In this document: positions 63,823-64,000 of the stretch, in pieces
How positions within the stretch are numbered: the first letter of the stretch is position 1
Layout of the letters: every line of letters starts with the position of its first letter
Assembly: GCA_963758635.1 (NCBI GenBank)
Contig: CAVWWD010000005.1
Span: forward strand, 738,193 to 802,192
Direction of reading: 5' to 3'
Source of the DNA: an uncultured Candidatus Rokubacteria bacterium
GTDB taxonomy: Bacteria > Methylomirabilota > Methylomirabilia > Rokubacteriales > CSP1-6
DNA: 64,000 nucleotides
Notes under the pieces: model-generated
The model's database searches: none
What the model was told of the DNA's origin: nothing
The model's input: only the letters and a program-made list of their open reading frames with translations
Position numbers and translations under genes: made by a program

Positions 63823-64000
63823 ATGGCTGACGACGACCTCGATCTCAAATCGCTGACCGACGCCGATCTCGTCGCGCAGATGCACGACGACCTCTACGAC
63901 GGTCTCGCGGACGAGATCGTCGAGGGAACCAACATCCTGCTGGAGCGAGGTTGGGGCGCCGACAAGGTGCTGAACGACGCGCTCGTCGAGGGGATGCGGA
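63823..64000 (+). CDS. corrinoid (B12-binding) methyltransferase protein, N-terminal cap, runs off the window
   Basis: QMHDDLYDGL...ILLERGWGADKVLNDALVEGMR, typical of the B12-binding_2 cap. Confidence 0.8.
   Translation, partial: MADDDLDLKSLTDADLVAQMHDDLYDGLADEIVEGTNILLERGWGADKVLNDALVEGMR

Overview
The window appears to be three unrelated, GC-rich bacterial segments joined end to end. It carries many single-base frameshifts of the kind expected from unpolished long reads, so most broken ORFs are treated as probably intact genes. Segment 1 (1 to ~45,745) is very GC-rich, and its gene style resembles Rokubacteria/Methylomirabilota (inference). It holds GGT, a Ski2/HelY-like helicase, a halohydrin dehalogenase, three ABC importer loci without ATPases, TrpB2, argR-GNAT-argD with tandem ARG boxes, three vapBC-type modules, a Cop/CusF copper cluster, and a metal-uptake operon preceded by a small ORF ending in an RSPP (RAPP-like) arrest motif. 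It also has several REP-like repeats and many apparently leaderless promoters. Segment 2 (~45,746 to ~58,337) looks alphaproteobacterial: a general-stress island (katE fragment, CsbD, hemerythrin, PepSY and others) with five GCAAC-N16/17-YGTT ECF-type promoters. Segment 3 (~58,338 to the end) looks actinobacterial: ETF-alpha, a FadF-like Fe-S oxidoreductase, a sialidase-like protein, IclR and a corrinoid protein. I found no rRNA, tRNA, CRISPR array or transposase. The best leads are the RSPP leader peptide with anti-SD elements, a dispersed hairpin repeat with a GNA triloop and tandem G-A pairs, the halohydrin dehalogenase beside a YciI protein, a nitrilase-family protein lacking its catalytic Cys, and a palindromic bidirectional leaderless promoter.
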